This document shows, piece by piece, positions 9,450-22,046 of a DNA stretch of 64,000 bases (within the stretch, counting starts at the first letter, position 1; every line of letters begins with the position of its first letter). Source of the stretch: Perkinsus chesapeaki ATCC PRA-425 (Eukaryota > Protista > Perkinsozoa); assembly GCA_013115145.1 (NCBI GenBank), contig JAAPAO010000068.1, positions 30,851 through 94,850 on the forward strand, in the 5' to 3' direction. The notes under the pieces are model-generated. The model was not told the DNA's origin. It worked only from the letters and a program-made list of their open reading frames with translations, and ran no database searches. The translations under genes were made by a program, and so were the position numbers.

Positions 9450-12400
9450 ATGTCCCAGGGCCACAGGGTCACAGGGTCAGCATCCTCGAGTGGATTTCGT
9501 CACTTCAGAGCTGGCGAGCCAATAGACGAGCGGGAGGCTGCCCGTAATACCGGGAGGAGGGATTGGCTGGGCTCGTGTATCATTACTAGTGTCAGCACGC
9601 CTATCAGAACGATGCCTTGTATTATTGGCATCCTATTGGCCTCGTTCATTTTCAAATCGCATCTAACCCAGACATATAAGTTGGAATATGGTAGACGGAT
9701 GGACTGGCGGAGCTACTGACAATCGACCGTCTTTCCAATTGTGTTCCTCTTCCCGCCTTCACTGCTTGCTGTTCTACTTCAACTGGATGGACTGGCGGAG
9801 CTACTGACAATCGACTCTCCCTCCGATTGTGTTCCTCTTCCCGCCTTCACTGCTTGCTGTTCTACTTCAACTGGATGGACTGGCGGAGCTACTGACAATC
9901 GACCCTCCCTCCGATTGTGTTCCTCTTCCCGCCTTCACTGCTTGCTGTTCTACTTCAACTAACGTTCTTCATTGCACTGATGTGTCAGGCACGTGGGAAT
10001 CGCTTAAGTCGGCAATACAACAGATCCACAGTCACAATGCAAGCCATTTGTCATTCGAAGAGCTCTACCGCAACGGGTAGCGTCGTCCTTTGCTCCCTCC
10101 GCACTATCCCTGAGAGTTAGGTATAATCTTGTTCTACATAAATATGGGTTGAAGCTATATAAAGGCGTGGAGGAGACGGTGGCCCAGCACTTGATGGAAG
10201 TCTCGAAACGGTGTATGGAAAGTACTAATCTGGGAACGGCGAAATGTAACATTTAGTCGAGTCGTCGAGAGGAAAACTCACTGGAAGCACGTTACTTTCG
10301 GACGATCGACGTTAGTGCAGCGACGAATCGTCATCGTCGCCGACGATGACAAGTATAATACGAAATTTCTACAGTCAAAAAGTGGGACATTCCCACTTTT
10401 TCCCTCTGGGAGCCAAATGCCCTTCGTGGGGAGAAATTCGGCAACTCTGGACGATCGTTTATTCCACTCGCGCTGGCAGCCTCGCTTGTGAGATCGTACC
10501 AATGAAGCCATCCATTTTTCATTAGTAGTGAAATCGAGAGTATATGATATGCACACTTTGGAAGCTATTAGTGTAGTATTGGTTACATGCTAGCCAATAC
10601 CACTATAATAGGGAAGGACGGAAGCGGCAGAACCGTAGAATTGCTACCGTCGTGGTGTGGTTGGCGTATAGTGAATCTGGCACGTGTGAAGAGTGTGAAT
10701 TCCAGTCTCATCTAGAATTGATAATTTGTTATCTTACGAAATGGTCTATTATTTCTTGATAAAGCTAAAGCCTGATATCAGTACACCAACTGTACATGCC
10801 ATCCCAGGCCTCGTTCAGCTATTCATTTCTCAGGCACTGATGACGAGCTACTCAAGCGTTTAAAGGAGGAGTGGGAGGATCATAAGATGACTATGGGCAT
10901 GATCAGGGATATCCTCATGTACTGTCATGCGTTATTGAGCCTTCATCTATTTCATAGTCACTACCATTATCAATCACTACTATTATTAGGTACATGGACC
11001 GTAACTATGTAAAGCAGCACCCACAGCAGTGTGTACCAGTGTACGACATGGGGCTCCGGGTAGGACGCCGACAGACGTTTGCTCTGCCGTTCGTGTTAAA
11101 TTTCCGTTCCCTCAGTTGTTCCGAGATCTTGTCATTGGTCATCCTAGAGTTCGACAGAGAGCTATCGAACTGGTGGGTTTCCGTTGGCCACACGGTCTTC
11201 TTAGGCGTTGCTTAGATACTCGGGGAACTCCGTCGAGAACTGTACGGTGATACGGTCAGTGATCCGCAGCTTATACGGAGCATACTGTTAATGCTGGTGG
11301 AGCTATCGACAATACAGACTTTACCGGAGCAAAGGGTGACCCCTGATTTGGGTAGAGGGAGATGTCCGGCGCCGGGATCGAACCTGGGTGCCTTTAGGTT
11401 ATACAGGAGCCTTGTCTTCGCCAGTCTTGGTACAGAATGGAAATGGCAGCAACAGAGGGAGCGTCGCCAGCTCGGGAGAGGCTGGCAGTGTTGTGGACGG
11501 CAACAACGTTTACTACTCATGGTTCGAAATTAGTTATCTTAGGTTGATTCGTGATCTCTACACCGCCGAGGTAGGAAAATCGGAGCGGAGCGAAGCAGAA
11601 TTGGAACGATGCATTCAGGCCAACGAGTATGTGGAGAACCATACAGTGGGGGAGTATCTTGAGAGAGCCGATAGTCGAATGAAGGAGGAAAAGAGGAGGG
11701 TGGATGTTTATATGGACAGAGGGCAGACAATGGCAAAAGTAGGAGGCCCCGGGGATCGAACCAGGGTCGCTTGAAGGACAGTCTGGAATTGGAATTTACT
11801 TTGTGAAGGGTTATATCATTTCCCTTCAGCTCTTTCGGATATCTCGCTCACTTATACCCTATGTCTCCGGTTCCGCCTTCCCAGCGTGATTCGATGCGAA
11901 AGATTAGTCCCTGCGAGACATTAGGCTATACCCAGGCGCAGAAGCAATAGGTGCTGTATTCAGGTTCAAGAGGTTCTGGACTCGGTATGGATTGGGTACC
12001 ATTATAAGTCGTTGATACAGAATGAACAGACCGGATGCAAAGCTATGTTCACCGAGGGAAGGTGGGCCCCACACTGTGCCTCACTGCTGGAAGATTCCCA
12101 TTCAGGGTATCCGATCTGCGTCTCATGTACACCCTGTTCTCTCGAACGTCCGAGGCCTTGACGGATATAGCAGCGGTTATGCAACAGTGTATCACTACGG
12201 CAAGTGAGTGTAGGCGAACACGCTGTCCTTTTTTATGGCTCGTGTTGCAGTCGTCGATCTCATCTCTGATGAGGCTGTGGCAAATGCGCCGGTCACATTC
12301 GTGGAGAAATTATTAGCGCTTCGGGAGAGGTAGGTTTTGGCGCGGTTATCTTAAAGATTGGCCGTGCCAGGTTCGAACGTATAGTTTCGCAGGCCTTTGG

Positions 12401-14355
12401 AAGCTCATTGGACTTCTCCAATCAAATGAAGGTCGCATTCGAGAAGTCGCTCAACAACGATCCTAAGTGCGCCCACTACCTCAGCATGTATCTCGACGAG
12501 CTGCTCAGAAAGAGGTGACGCCTGCCAAGAGAGAAACGACACAGCTTAGCTGTTTCAGGTTCAAAGACATGTCCGATCTAGACTTCCAGTCCTGCATCGA
12601 CCAGGTCATCAGCGTCTTTCGGTATGACGTTGCTTCGCTCCGCTGTCTTTTTGTTAAATGTTTACCGGTTTGTTAGGTATCTTATTGACAAAGATGTCTT
12701 TGAGTCATACTACAGGTCTAGCTTATGTCGGCGGTTACTGAATTCCAAGTAAAAGGGCCATCTCTGGTCCATGTGCCATATTCTGCGAACACTTCGCCGC
12801 GGTTCGCAGCTCTTCGGTTTCCCAGTCTATGTTTTTGCTGATATATAACCGTCTCATCGATACATAGGTTCCCCCGTACCAGCGCTGTTCCTTCTGCTAT
12901 AGCTCATTCTTTTCGGTCAGACCCTCAACCGCCAACATTGAAGAAGCGGAGAAGCTCGTCGTGAGTAAATTGAGAGCGGAGGTGAGCTCACCCTACTGGC
13001 CACTGTCATGATTCCCTCTCTTCAGTGTGGTCAGCAGTACACGTCGAAGCTCGAGGGTATGCTGAGGGATGTAAGCTTAAGCCAGGTGAGCCGTATTTGC
13101 TGTTTCACAGTTCACTTACCATCAATTAGGATATCAGTCGGAGCTACAGTCAATCCTCAAGAGCGAGCTCACAGGACTGTGAGATCGATGTTAAGGTAAG
13201 ATTTATCCTGTCCGCAGGTTGCCGCTTATATTACTTATATCAGGTTTGCACCTCTGGTTTCTGGCCGACACGCTCTCCTCCAAAATGCGACATCCCAATC
13301 GAGATGAAAGTCATGATTGATCGGTGAGCTCGCACTGGCCATTTGCTCGTTCATCTTTCCGACGCCTCTCTACAGGTTCGAGACCTTCTACTTGTCGAAA
13401 CATAGCGGTCGCAAACTAACCTGGATGTTCAACTACGGGACTGGTAAGTGTACATCACGGGTCGTATTATTGACCCTTCCCTCCAGCCGATGTCCGCAGC
13501 AGAGCAGGTCGCACCCCACATGTCCTCACCGTTAGCACTTATCAAGCAATGATTCTGCTGCTCTTCAACTCTTCCGAGGCCCTCAGGTAAAGGTATACAG
13601 AATTTAACCGTAAATAGGATGCTTGATATCAGTTTCGAGCGTATACGGTCCTCACTCAACTGTGGGAGAGGCGATGACCATGGCAATGATGAGAAGTCTG
13701 AGCAGGAGGATGATGTCGAGATTAAGCGCCATCTGATGAGCCTGTACGTGAACCCTCGAGTGAGGTGAGATGTGGCTTTGTCCATCGTGAATGAATTCAT
13801 TTTTATAGGGTCCTCTTACGGGAAAGTTGTCGCGACTCTAAGGAGCCTGCCAATGGTGACATCTTCCGCGTCAACTCGGAGTTCGAGCACCGTGTCCGCA
13901 ACGTTCGCGTGCCCCTTATAGCGTTACCCAGCATTTCTGTTAATAGAGGTGAGTTGTGACCCGAGCCCGGAATCTACTCACTCCAACCGGGCCTCTTTAG
14001 GATCCAGTGGGAGCGGCGGAAGCGAAGTCCCTCAAGCAGTAGAAGAGGATCGAAAGCATCTTGTAGAGGCAGTGTTGGTATGATAGTGTAGCTGTCAGTT
14101 GTGCGATTATTATTTTCCAGGTGCGCATCATGAAGAGCCGGAAACAGCTGGATCACAATTCACTTGTCGTGGAAGCAACTAAACTGTTGGCTCCACGGTA
14201 TGATCCTGGCTCCATGTGGCGCATGTGTTTTAGATGGTGTCTTCAGGTTCCAGCCGTCACCGCAGCTCATTAAACAGCGCATTGAGCATTTGATAGAACG
14301 AGAGTTCCTCGAGCGCTGTCCGCATGACCATAAGACGTACAACTACTTAGCCTGA
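9450..14355 (+). CDS. CUL3: Cullin (cullin-3-like), many exons
   Basis: [29 protein letters not shown]|[25 protein letters not shown]|[64 protein letters not shown]|RIMKSRK (neddylation motif) and [14 protein letters not shown]...YNYLA*. Confidence 0.93.
9697..9960. repeat. Three tandem copies of an 88-bp unit in cullin intron 1
   Basis: Units start at 9697, 9785 and 9873 (GGATGGACTGGCGGAGCTACTGACAATCGAC...TTCTACTTCAACT) and differ at only a few positions. Confidence 0.95.
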
Positions 14356-14401
14356 TGCTTCCCCCTTTATTTAATATGCACAGCGAAGCCAGATGTAAAT
14401 A

Positions 14402-15571
14402 GTGGGGATGTCAAACCGCAATATTTTATCACTGCAATTACCAAGCTTTGTGTTGTCAGTTTTCCGCATCACCATAATACGCGTGAAGTGTTTCTCTCCC
14501 GTTGACTCCCGTATTAACCCAACAACAGTGGCGAATAAGAAATTCTATCGATTTGGTCCTGGTGGCAACTGCACATGTTCACCAGTTGTCGCTTGTCCGA
14601 ATAACCTATCGATAGTATGCCTACTGGAGGCAGTCAACGCTCACTCTTTTAAAGCCTCTATACTGTTGGCGAGTTGCTCCTCGACTTGGTGGCCGAAAGC
14701 ATCAAGAGAGGAACGCATATCAGCGACAGCGGGTGCAGGCAGTACGCCAAGAAGTGAACCTCATACTTCAATCTCCGCACTGTGTGGAGTAAGTCTCTTA
14801 CCTGGATTGCTCCGTCGAACCCCCAGTAGCCGTCGACGCCTGAGGGCATGAGATCTGAAAGATGCCATTAAATGGGGCTACATGTCCTCGACGTTTTCAA
14901 TATCAACCTCGGCCTTCCACAGCAGTTGGTCCAACTCACGTTGACGACGAGTCATATTTTCGGTCGTCTGCACGCCGCCTGCGAATACATCTGAAGAGCA
15001 GACCAACAATCACAAGCTTCCGATGGAAAACTGTGGCTCACGTTCCAGATACATGAGGTCCGAGCTGACCCTATCGAGGATCTTCAGAACCTGGAAAGCC
15101 AGTCACTCAAGAGTGTGGAGTGATGAAATACATCCTCGGCGAGTTCCACGGCACGACAGGCTTCCATCTCATCGTCCTCAACCTCTGTTATTTCGGAGAG
15201 CAAAGATGCATATCTAGAGTGTGAAGGGGAATGGGCGATACAGTAGCGATGGTACGCTGGGCCAGTGCCTGCAGCTAATGACCAGTCAACGCCAGTAATG
15301 GGATCCACGCCATCCAACTTGCGCACAACCTCAGTTCCTGCAGAAAGTTCCAATTGCCACCATGGCGATAGCGGGGCATACCTCTGGTTTCGAGGACCTG
15401 GTCCAGCTCTAATTTAGTGTACTTAAGCCGCTCACGTAGGCGGTCCAATTTCTTTCGAAGGTGCGGGGGAGAAGTGCCTGTAAGGGGCCGACTGAGATAC
15501 GAATTTTCCGCGACAAACGCATCGTCCAGTAGAGAGGCGTAAAAATGTAAAAATATTGTGATACATATCAT
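14402..15571 (-). CDS. Hypothetical multi-exon protein (boundaries uncertain)
   Basis: Successive - strand exon-like ORFs (15275-15571, 15084-15353, DVFAGGVQTTENMTRRQRELDQLLWKAEVDIENVED, 14658-14849). No family recognised. Confidence 0.35.
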
Positions 15572-15610
15572 GTGTGTTCAATATTATACTGTAGTTAAAA
15601 CTTGAACGCT

Positions 15611-17592
15611 TTAACGAAGTCCTCTCGACCGGGGGCTCTTACTTGGGGAAACCTTCACACAGTCGTCAAGGCCTACAGTCCCTCGTTCTTTAACTTCCGC
15701 AAGCTCAAGCAACTGATTTGCACAATGGAGGAGGGATAGCCCAGAAACATCATACCTTCACACGCACGTTCTTTTCCTTCACCGCCTTCTGGAATCTCCT
15801 CGAGTGTGCGAGCAATTGCTCCTTCGATATTGTACCTGCTTCTATGCTTCTATGAGCTTGTAGCCTTCGCTGGAATCTTTACGGTTGCGCTGGGCGCAGA
15901 GGAGAGCTTTCAGGCCGGTGAGCCACGCATCGTATCTGCCACCATCATCAGGATGAGCCCTTGCGGATGGTCCTACTCGAATTCGTCCTTGCACGTGATG
16001 TCTAGGGCACTAGTCTCCCCTTCGGGCACTTTATATATAAGAGAGAACGACAGGTGCTCCAGCATCGGCAGCCGGTACCTCAAGAAGCGGGGAGCCTCTA
16101 AAACCGCTGGAGACTTTACTTGGCGAAAGTGGAGGTCTGCTGACCGAGTCTAAGCTCGCATACGTCCGACAGGTTTATCATGCACTCCTTCCGGTCAAGC
16201 CCAGCTGAATACCTGAGCCGATGCTCTCGATATTTAGGCATTGACAGTCGAACCATAATATCCTCTTGTGGTCGTTGGAGAGCTGAAACTGGCGTAGATG
16301 CGGGTGTCCGGAATTCCCGTGCTTCAAGAGATTGGTACCGAGCCGCATTCTGAAACGATCCCACTGTTACCAGTGGGAATATGTCCACGGTTGTGACCCG
16401 ACATCGTAAGAGGTCGGTGATGTTACTAATATACAGACGGCAACAGAATTTTCGCATTGCGATATCAGGAGGAGTTGGTTCCGTTGAGTGTATGGGAATC
16501 CACGCTAGGAACTGCATCAGTTAAGCGAACGCAGAGCGTAGGGGCGCGGCGAGGGTACCGATGCAGCGCTTTAGTGGCCTCAATGTGCTTCAGAGGGTCG
16601 ATCGGAACCTTCAGCCTTCTCCACTTCTCTTCGCCTAGTGAACCAGTAGAGCCATGGTGAGCGCAGCCACGCTCTCACACTTGTTCGCTCATCCCCGTTA
16701 CGGCCAGCTGTAAGCCGTTCTCCGACTAGAAGGTCGTAATGCGCTCCTCGACGCAGCAGGGGGAGATCCTCATAGGAGTCGAGGTCGATGATAGTCCCTT
16801 CAGCGAGACCTCAAAAGGGCGGCACCGAGTATCGCACCTTTTCTGCGCGAGCGCAGCTTGAACACTTTATCAGTATCATCGGTTATACTGCCAACCGCTG
16901 CCAATATGCATTCACGAACATCCTCGGGAGAAGACACATCCGAGAACCATCCAACAGCATGCCGGCCATGGCTGAGCAAAGCCCACTCGTCCACCCGATG
17001 CGTGGCCGACTATTGATACTCCGAGTGGACGTAGATCCGCATTCTCGTAGCCTCTTGATCCTCCAAGTCGAACTCAGTGAGCACCGGTGCGCATGCCTAA
17101 ACCTTAAAGCTCAGAGTTTCCGTCTTGTGCTGCCATTCTACCCTTATTTCCTGCAAGTCCTCAGACATCACCGATTCTGACCCTGGGGAGCCTGAGCTCG
17201 GCGTTGAGGCCGTTTGGACGGTCGATAAAGGGCCAGCATCTTCGATCTGGTCTAGCGTAGACGCCAAAGGGGATTTTATAATTTTACCGCTTTTTCAATC
17301 AGTTCTTCCAGGCCGGGAAGCTCTCTTGTGAGCTCTGGAATGGTCGGACTCCGCGTGGCGGTGTTTTCTGGTATATTGGTGCCTTCGGAGTTCCCAAAGT
17401 GCGTCTCGTCCGTCCTTTCTAGGTGGACCTTTTCTCCGTTTAAAGTCGGATCTGCTTCATCCAAATTAACAGCTCACCCCTCACATTAGCTGTCGGACCA
17501 TCTGGTGCACTAAATCCCACTGGTTGACTCGCAGTAGCTCTTTGAAAGTCCTGCCAGGCGTCATCTTGCCCCTCCGCGGTTTCAACGCCCAT
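15611..17592 (-). CDS. PH-domain protein (PLC/PRAF-type PH domain), multi-exon
   Basis: Spliced HLRQFQLSNDHKRILW|YSAGLDRKECMINLSDVCELRLGQQTSTFAK|YRLPMLEHLSFSLIY...ALDITCKDEFE matches the FxLSxDxxxLxW...GQxTxxF...SFSLIY...LDLxCKD pattern. Starts MGVETAEG and ends SPRSRGLR*. Confidence 0.65.
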
Positions 17593-17835
17593 TAGCGGCC
17601 GATGCTGATTTCCCACGCGTGAATTTACTAACACAAAGCATTAAAGCATGGATGCATGTTCGTAACCAGTGCGATCTCATAACAACCAAAATCAACAAAG
17701 GCTATCAACGAACAAGCTTCAGTTGATGGCAGACCAGCGGCGAAGTGACCAAATCAGATCCTCCTCGGCATCGCTGCGCCAAGTTTATTAAAATCCCGCA
17801 TAACGTGTACGGCGAGATAAGCTATAATATCAAAT

Positions 17836-19400
17836 TCACTGATTTAGTGCTGAGACTGCCGGAGCTGAGCTCGAGGCTTCCGCGCTGCATGGGACAAGGC
17901 TGCCCGTAGCATAGGCTACCATCAGCTCCTTGATGCTTGCAAAAACCTGAGATGGGAGATCATCCAGCGGCTCGGGCGTCACTGGTTGTACGAAGTTGGG
18001 GAGAAGAGGGCTCTTTTTGAGCTGCTGCTCGTCGGTGCAACCGCTCATCACCAGCGCACAATCGATGCCGTTCTCGATTGCCGTTCGGATGTCCGTGCCT
18101 GATAAGAACACGTAATGTCAGTTTATGACCGCTTGTTCTACCGAGCGAGTCCCCGACAAAGAGGACCGGTCCGAGCGCCGGTGATCGGCCGCGCATACGC
18201 TGTGAGAGAAGCCGTTGTCGGGCCATACGCAGCATGTGTGGATTAGGCTTACCAAGGTTATAGGAGTCAGCGTTTGTGACCTAAGGCAGCTGATGAGAAA
18301 AGTACAATGACAACAGGGCTGAAGAAGCAGTCTGTATTAGTGAGCTGCGCTCTACTGGCTATCCCTAGAAGCTATCATTCAATGCTGGGAGATTGGAGTA
18401 TTGGTACTTAAGGTATTCAAGTCCCGGCAGTCTTTGAGAATCTCAATAACTAAGCTATCTCCAGTTGAGTTTGCTCAACAAGCTAATATATATAGCTCAG
18501 CCTAAACTATAATATGGGCGGGAGTACAGGAATATTTCAACACTGGACGACAGTGACGTGCTACTTTTGATATCATCTCAACAGCAGGCATTGGCATGCC
18601 GAACTTGTAGCTGCCATCGGGAGTAACCTGGGAAGGATAGGTGAAGAAACTGCGTGTAAGCGAGGGCCTACCTCATAGTAGTCTGGGCAGGTGTAGAGAA
18701 GTCTGGCGCCCTCCTGGACACAAGAGCACGCCCGCTCGACATATCGAGTGTTCTCGCTATGAACCTACCAGCAGCGCCTTATCGGGGACGCAGGTTCGAT
18801 CCCCAGGTTGGGCGTTTACTTACCGAACCAATGAGGACATAATCTACTTCCTTAGGGGAGCGGCTTCGGCTCGTATCGCCGGTGATGACAGAATCCTCAG
18901 ACAGACCGTGCTTAACAAATGCTTGCCGAACAGTGGATACCAGCCCGAACTGTCGAGACAATTCCACGCATCGGAGGTCACTGTGCCCTACTTCGCCGAT
19001 TATGAACACGACTCCGGTCCATCCATTGCTTATAAGCCGGGCAAAAAAGTCGGCAGCACCTGAAGCCTCTCTGAGCTGGTCATGGAGAGCGCCGCCCCAC
19101 TGTTGGCAGCAGTATAAATTTGGCTCTCTCGTATGTTCACGCCTAGTATCCCTAAGAGCTTGAGGCTGAGCTCCTCGGTGGTGTAGCGACACTCGTTCGT
19201 TAGAAGCATGTACGGGATCTGCAATGCGATACGATGACTGCTCATCTTTCTTTCGTCACTTGTCCGGCGTTGAGCCGCGTGATAAACTCTCCCGCGCCCG
19301 GAATCGCATGCTCGCACTGGTGGAGGACACCATCCATGTCAAATAGAAAACCGTGGTATCGACTAAGACGGCTCCACTTTTAAACGCAGCCACGCCGATC
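17836..19400 (-). CDS. HAD-superfamily hydrolase, subfamily IIA (NagD/pNPPase-like)
   Basis: Motif I GFLFDMDGVL, motif II LLTNE, QIYTAANS, and motif IV VLFVGDSLG|TDIRTAIENGIDCALVMSG. Confidence 0.9.
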
Positions 19401-19419
19401 AACTTACTCGTGATGAAAG

Positions 19420-20468
19420 ACCGTGCTGAGGGATGTGCTAGGGAACGATGCTCCAGCTATAATCCTGAAAACTTCGCTCCGCTAACATGGCAGGCAATAA
19501 TTCAACGGCCTTACCTGTTGGTTTCGACTTCCATATCATCTGTATGGTCCCTCAGTACGCCCAAAAGGCCCTTGCAGGACTCATTGACAGGTCCCGCCTA
19601 AAGGAAATGAGTCACGCGCCACGAAATTCGTTTACTGTTACATTATCTTCGCCGTCAAAATCTTCCTCTGAAGGCGCGTGGCTCTTCCATTTGTTTCGCA
19701 TTCGCCAAGTGATGTTTTCGACTCGCAGTGTGTCAATCTACCACAAAGATAGCAGCTTATCCACAATAGTAGTATCAAATACAGAGCTACGGTCCAACAT
19801 ATACCCACTGGTGAAATGGTGACATGAGCGCATTGTTGTTCGATCAATATGGTACTGTAAGAGTACATTTAGCCGTCTGAAACGTGCCTCAAAAACTCTT
19901 GAAAGTTGTTGGATGCGCGCGCGTCTCGTACGATACTTAACATTAGGAGCTGCAAGTCTATCCGAGTCTTCGTGGAAAGGTTAATGTTTCCTTCGCGAGT
20001 GTTTAGCTCCTCCAAAGTATATTTCATATAATCGGTAATAAAGTTCGTAAATGGCATTCGCCTCTTCAATATGTTACGAACACTTTTTACAGTCATTTAT
20101 TCAACTTTGTCTGTTGAGGTGTGTCATCGACTCTAAAAGGCGATTGGGCCGCTACATCAGCGTTGATGCCGGGACGCATCTCCCTTCTGTTGAGCATCGA
20201 ACAAGTCCGCCAGAGGTCATCCATGACAGACAACTCTTGCCTTCGAACCTTCATCATCGTCACAAGCGACTATAAAAAGCAAGAATATTCAATGAACCGT
20301 TATAGCGGAGAGCAATAGTGCACCACCCCTCACCTTGCTCTTCAGAGCTATCTCCATGCCTAGAGGAAGTCTCGGTTCGCCATTGTCCGTCGAATCCGAT
20401 GAGGACGTCGTGCTGGCTGCGGAGGATAACCCTTGGACGCGCCTTTTTGAAACAGTGGATTCACACAT
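19420..20468 (-). CDS. Upstream exons: an N-terminal extension of the HAD gene or a separate hypothetical gene
   Basis: MCESTVSKRRVQG...LKSK|SLVTMMKVRRQ... and ORF 19869-20096, with GT-AG junctions. Confidence 0.3.
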
Positions 20469-20726
20469 GAAAGAAAAACTGGTTCAATCTCGTATGAGGA
20501 AACCGCTGTAAGGCATTTATGTCGCTAAGGGCGTATTCGATTCACAACGAGCTTTATCGACTAACAGTCAACCTTCGAACAGGAACCCTTAGTATTCGAG
20601 CCCAATGCGTGCGATAGTAGGTATGGGTCCTTAAGGACCGCAGAACGAAAGATATAATATCACTCACTGAAATGTCTAACAGTAGGCAGATGATAAAGCG
20701 ATAATGAGACATCAAGAGAGCTACCG

Positions 20727-21809
20727 TTACTCGAGGCTCTTCGATAGGTAGTAAGTTGTTATCAGGCAGGGCCTACCGTTCCTTCTTCTGGAACAGCCTA
20801 GATCTTCAAGCTCGTCATCGGAGACGTCGTCGTAGTCGTAGGAATTGCCAAAATAGGGGTCATCCTCTATGCAGTAGACAACGTCCTTATGGCCACAGGC
20901 AAACTGCCTCCCTCTCCCTCCACTAATGTGCGAATCGCTCCTACGCAAATACCAAGTGTTCCCTACAGACCGCAGCATGTCATCGCACAGTGTCAACCCT
21001 CTGGGTCCACGGTTTTGGTACTTGGTTACCGCGACGCGGGTGGATTCATCCAGAAAATGAACTTCCGACACAGAGTTGAGCTCAGTCGACGCGAAGGAGG
21101 TCTCGACTGCACGAAAACTCAGAGGCTCGTGGCGACTCCTCAATTTATAGGTATACAGGCTGAGCTCGTCCTTACAGTGCGACACCACCTGGGCAGACAG
21201 AGGATCTTCGTCGTTCACCATTAGGCAGCTCAATCTGCCCGCGGGTTCAGCGGGTTGTATCAGTTTGGCTTGCCCCCATTCGGAGTTGACGAGACGATCA
21301 ATACAGAAGAGATGGCCGGGATCGAAGAGCACAAAGACGAAGTTGTCAGTGCAGGCCAGACTTGTCTTGGTTTCCCTGACGTGGTCCCTGGAGCCTGGCA
21401 GACCGGACACCTCCAGTGTGACGCCAGTGGATTCGGTTCCAGTATTCAAGTCGTAGTATATCAGCTTGCGATTGACATCAGAGAGGGCGAAGAGGAGGCA
21501 CTTGGCTCTGTCATAGTAGTAGACGGCTTTACCTTTAAAACCAGGTTGTAATACCATCACCTCCTCACCTCTCTCAAGAGGCTTTCTAATATATACACCA
21601 GTAGGAGTAGGATAGACACCAAGAAGCTCTTCATTCATAACAAATATAAATGATGGTGATGGACTAACCAGAATCTCCTCTCGTGGACAGACTAGAGCAA
21701 GCTCCCTCTTTGCGAGGTGTGGGGCGAATTCGTTGGTCATATCAGGCAGAGGGCCATCCCCAGCAGCCTTCTCAAGCACCACCTCAAAAAGCCGCAAGTC
21801 TAGCACCAT
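20727..21809 (-). CDS. Uncharacterised intronless tandem family, copy 1 (ancestral start at 21830 blocked by TAG)
   Basis: 360-aa ORF sharing PREEILVSPSPSFIFVMNEELLGVYPT...YYYD with its neighbours. Confidence 0.8.
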   Translation of the reverse strand: MVLDLRLFEVVLEKAAGDGPLPDMTNEFAPHLAKRELALVCPREEILVSPSPSFIFVMNEELLGVYPTPTGVYIRKPLERGEEVMVLQPGFKGKAVYYYDRAKCLLFALSDVNRKLIYYDLNTGTESTGVTLEVSGLPGSRDHVRETKTSLACTDNFVFVLFDPGHLFCIDRLVNSEWGQAKLIQPAEPAGRLSCLMVNDEDPLSAQVVSHCKDELSLYTYKLRSRHEPLSFRAVETSFASTELNSVSEVHFLDESTRVAVTKYQNRGPRGLTLCDDMLRSVGNTWYLRRSDSHISGGRGRQFACGHKDVVYCIEDDPYFGNSYDYDDVSDDELEDLGCSRRRNGRPCLITTYYLSKSLE

Positions 21810-22046
21810 AGCATGGGCAGGCTACTTCATGAGGTACGGTAAGAAAGACAATCCTATATGCAGCTTACAATGATTACATGCGCGGTGCTTCTAGAAACAC
21901 TCAGATCTTGTTATTATAACAGAAAACACAACACTGAGTAAAGCTAGTAAAAAAGTGCTTCAGCGTGCTGTCGGTAGTCAATGGTCCTTTATATATTAAA
22001 ACGTTCAGCTTGAGGGAGAATTGGGTTGGCAATCTTACAGTAGATA

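Noticed and set aside
9697-9960. CRISPR array
   Set aside because: Eukaryotic intron, whole-unit repeats without unique spacers, and no cas genes.
11739-11830. Complete tRNA genes at the B-box hits
   Set aside because: No A-box, D-arm or pairing 5' acceptor strand at any hit; only 3' halves are present.
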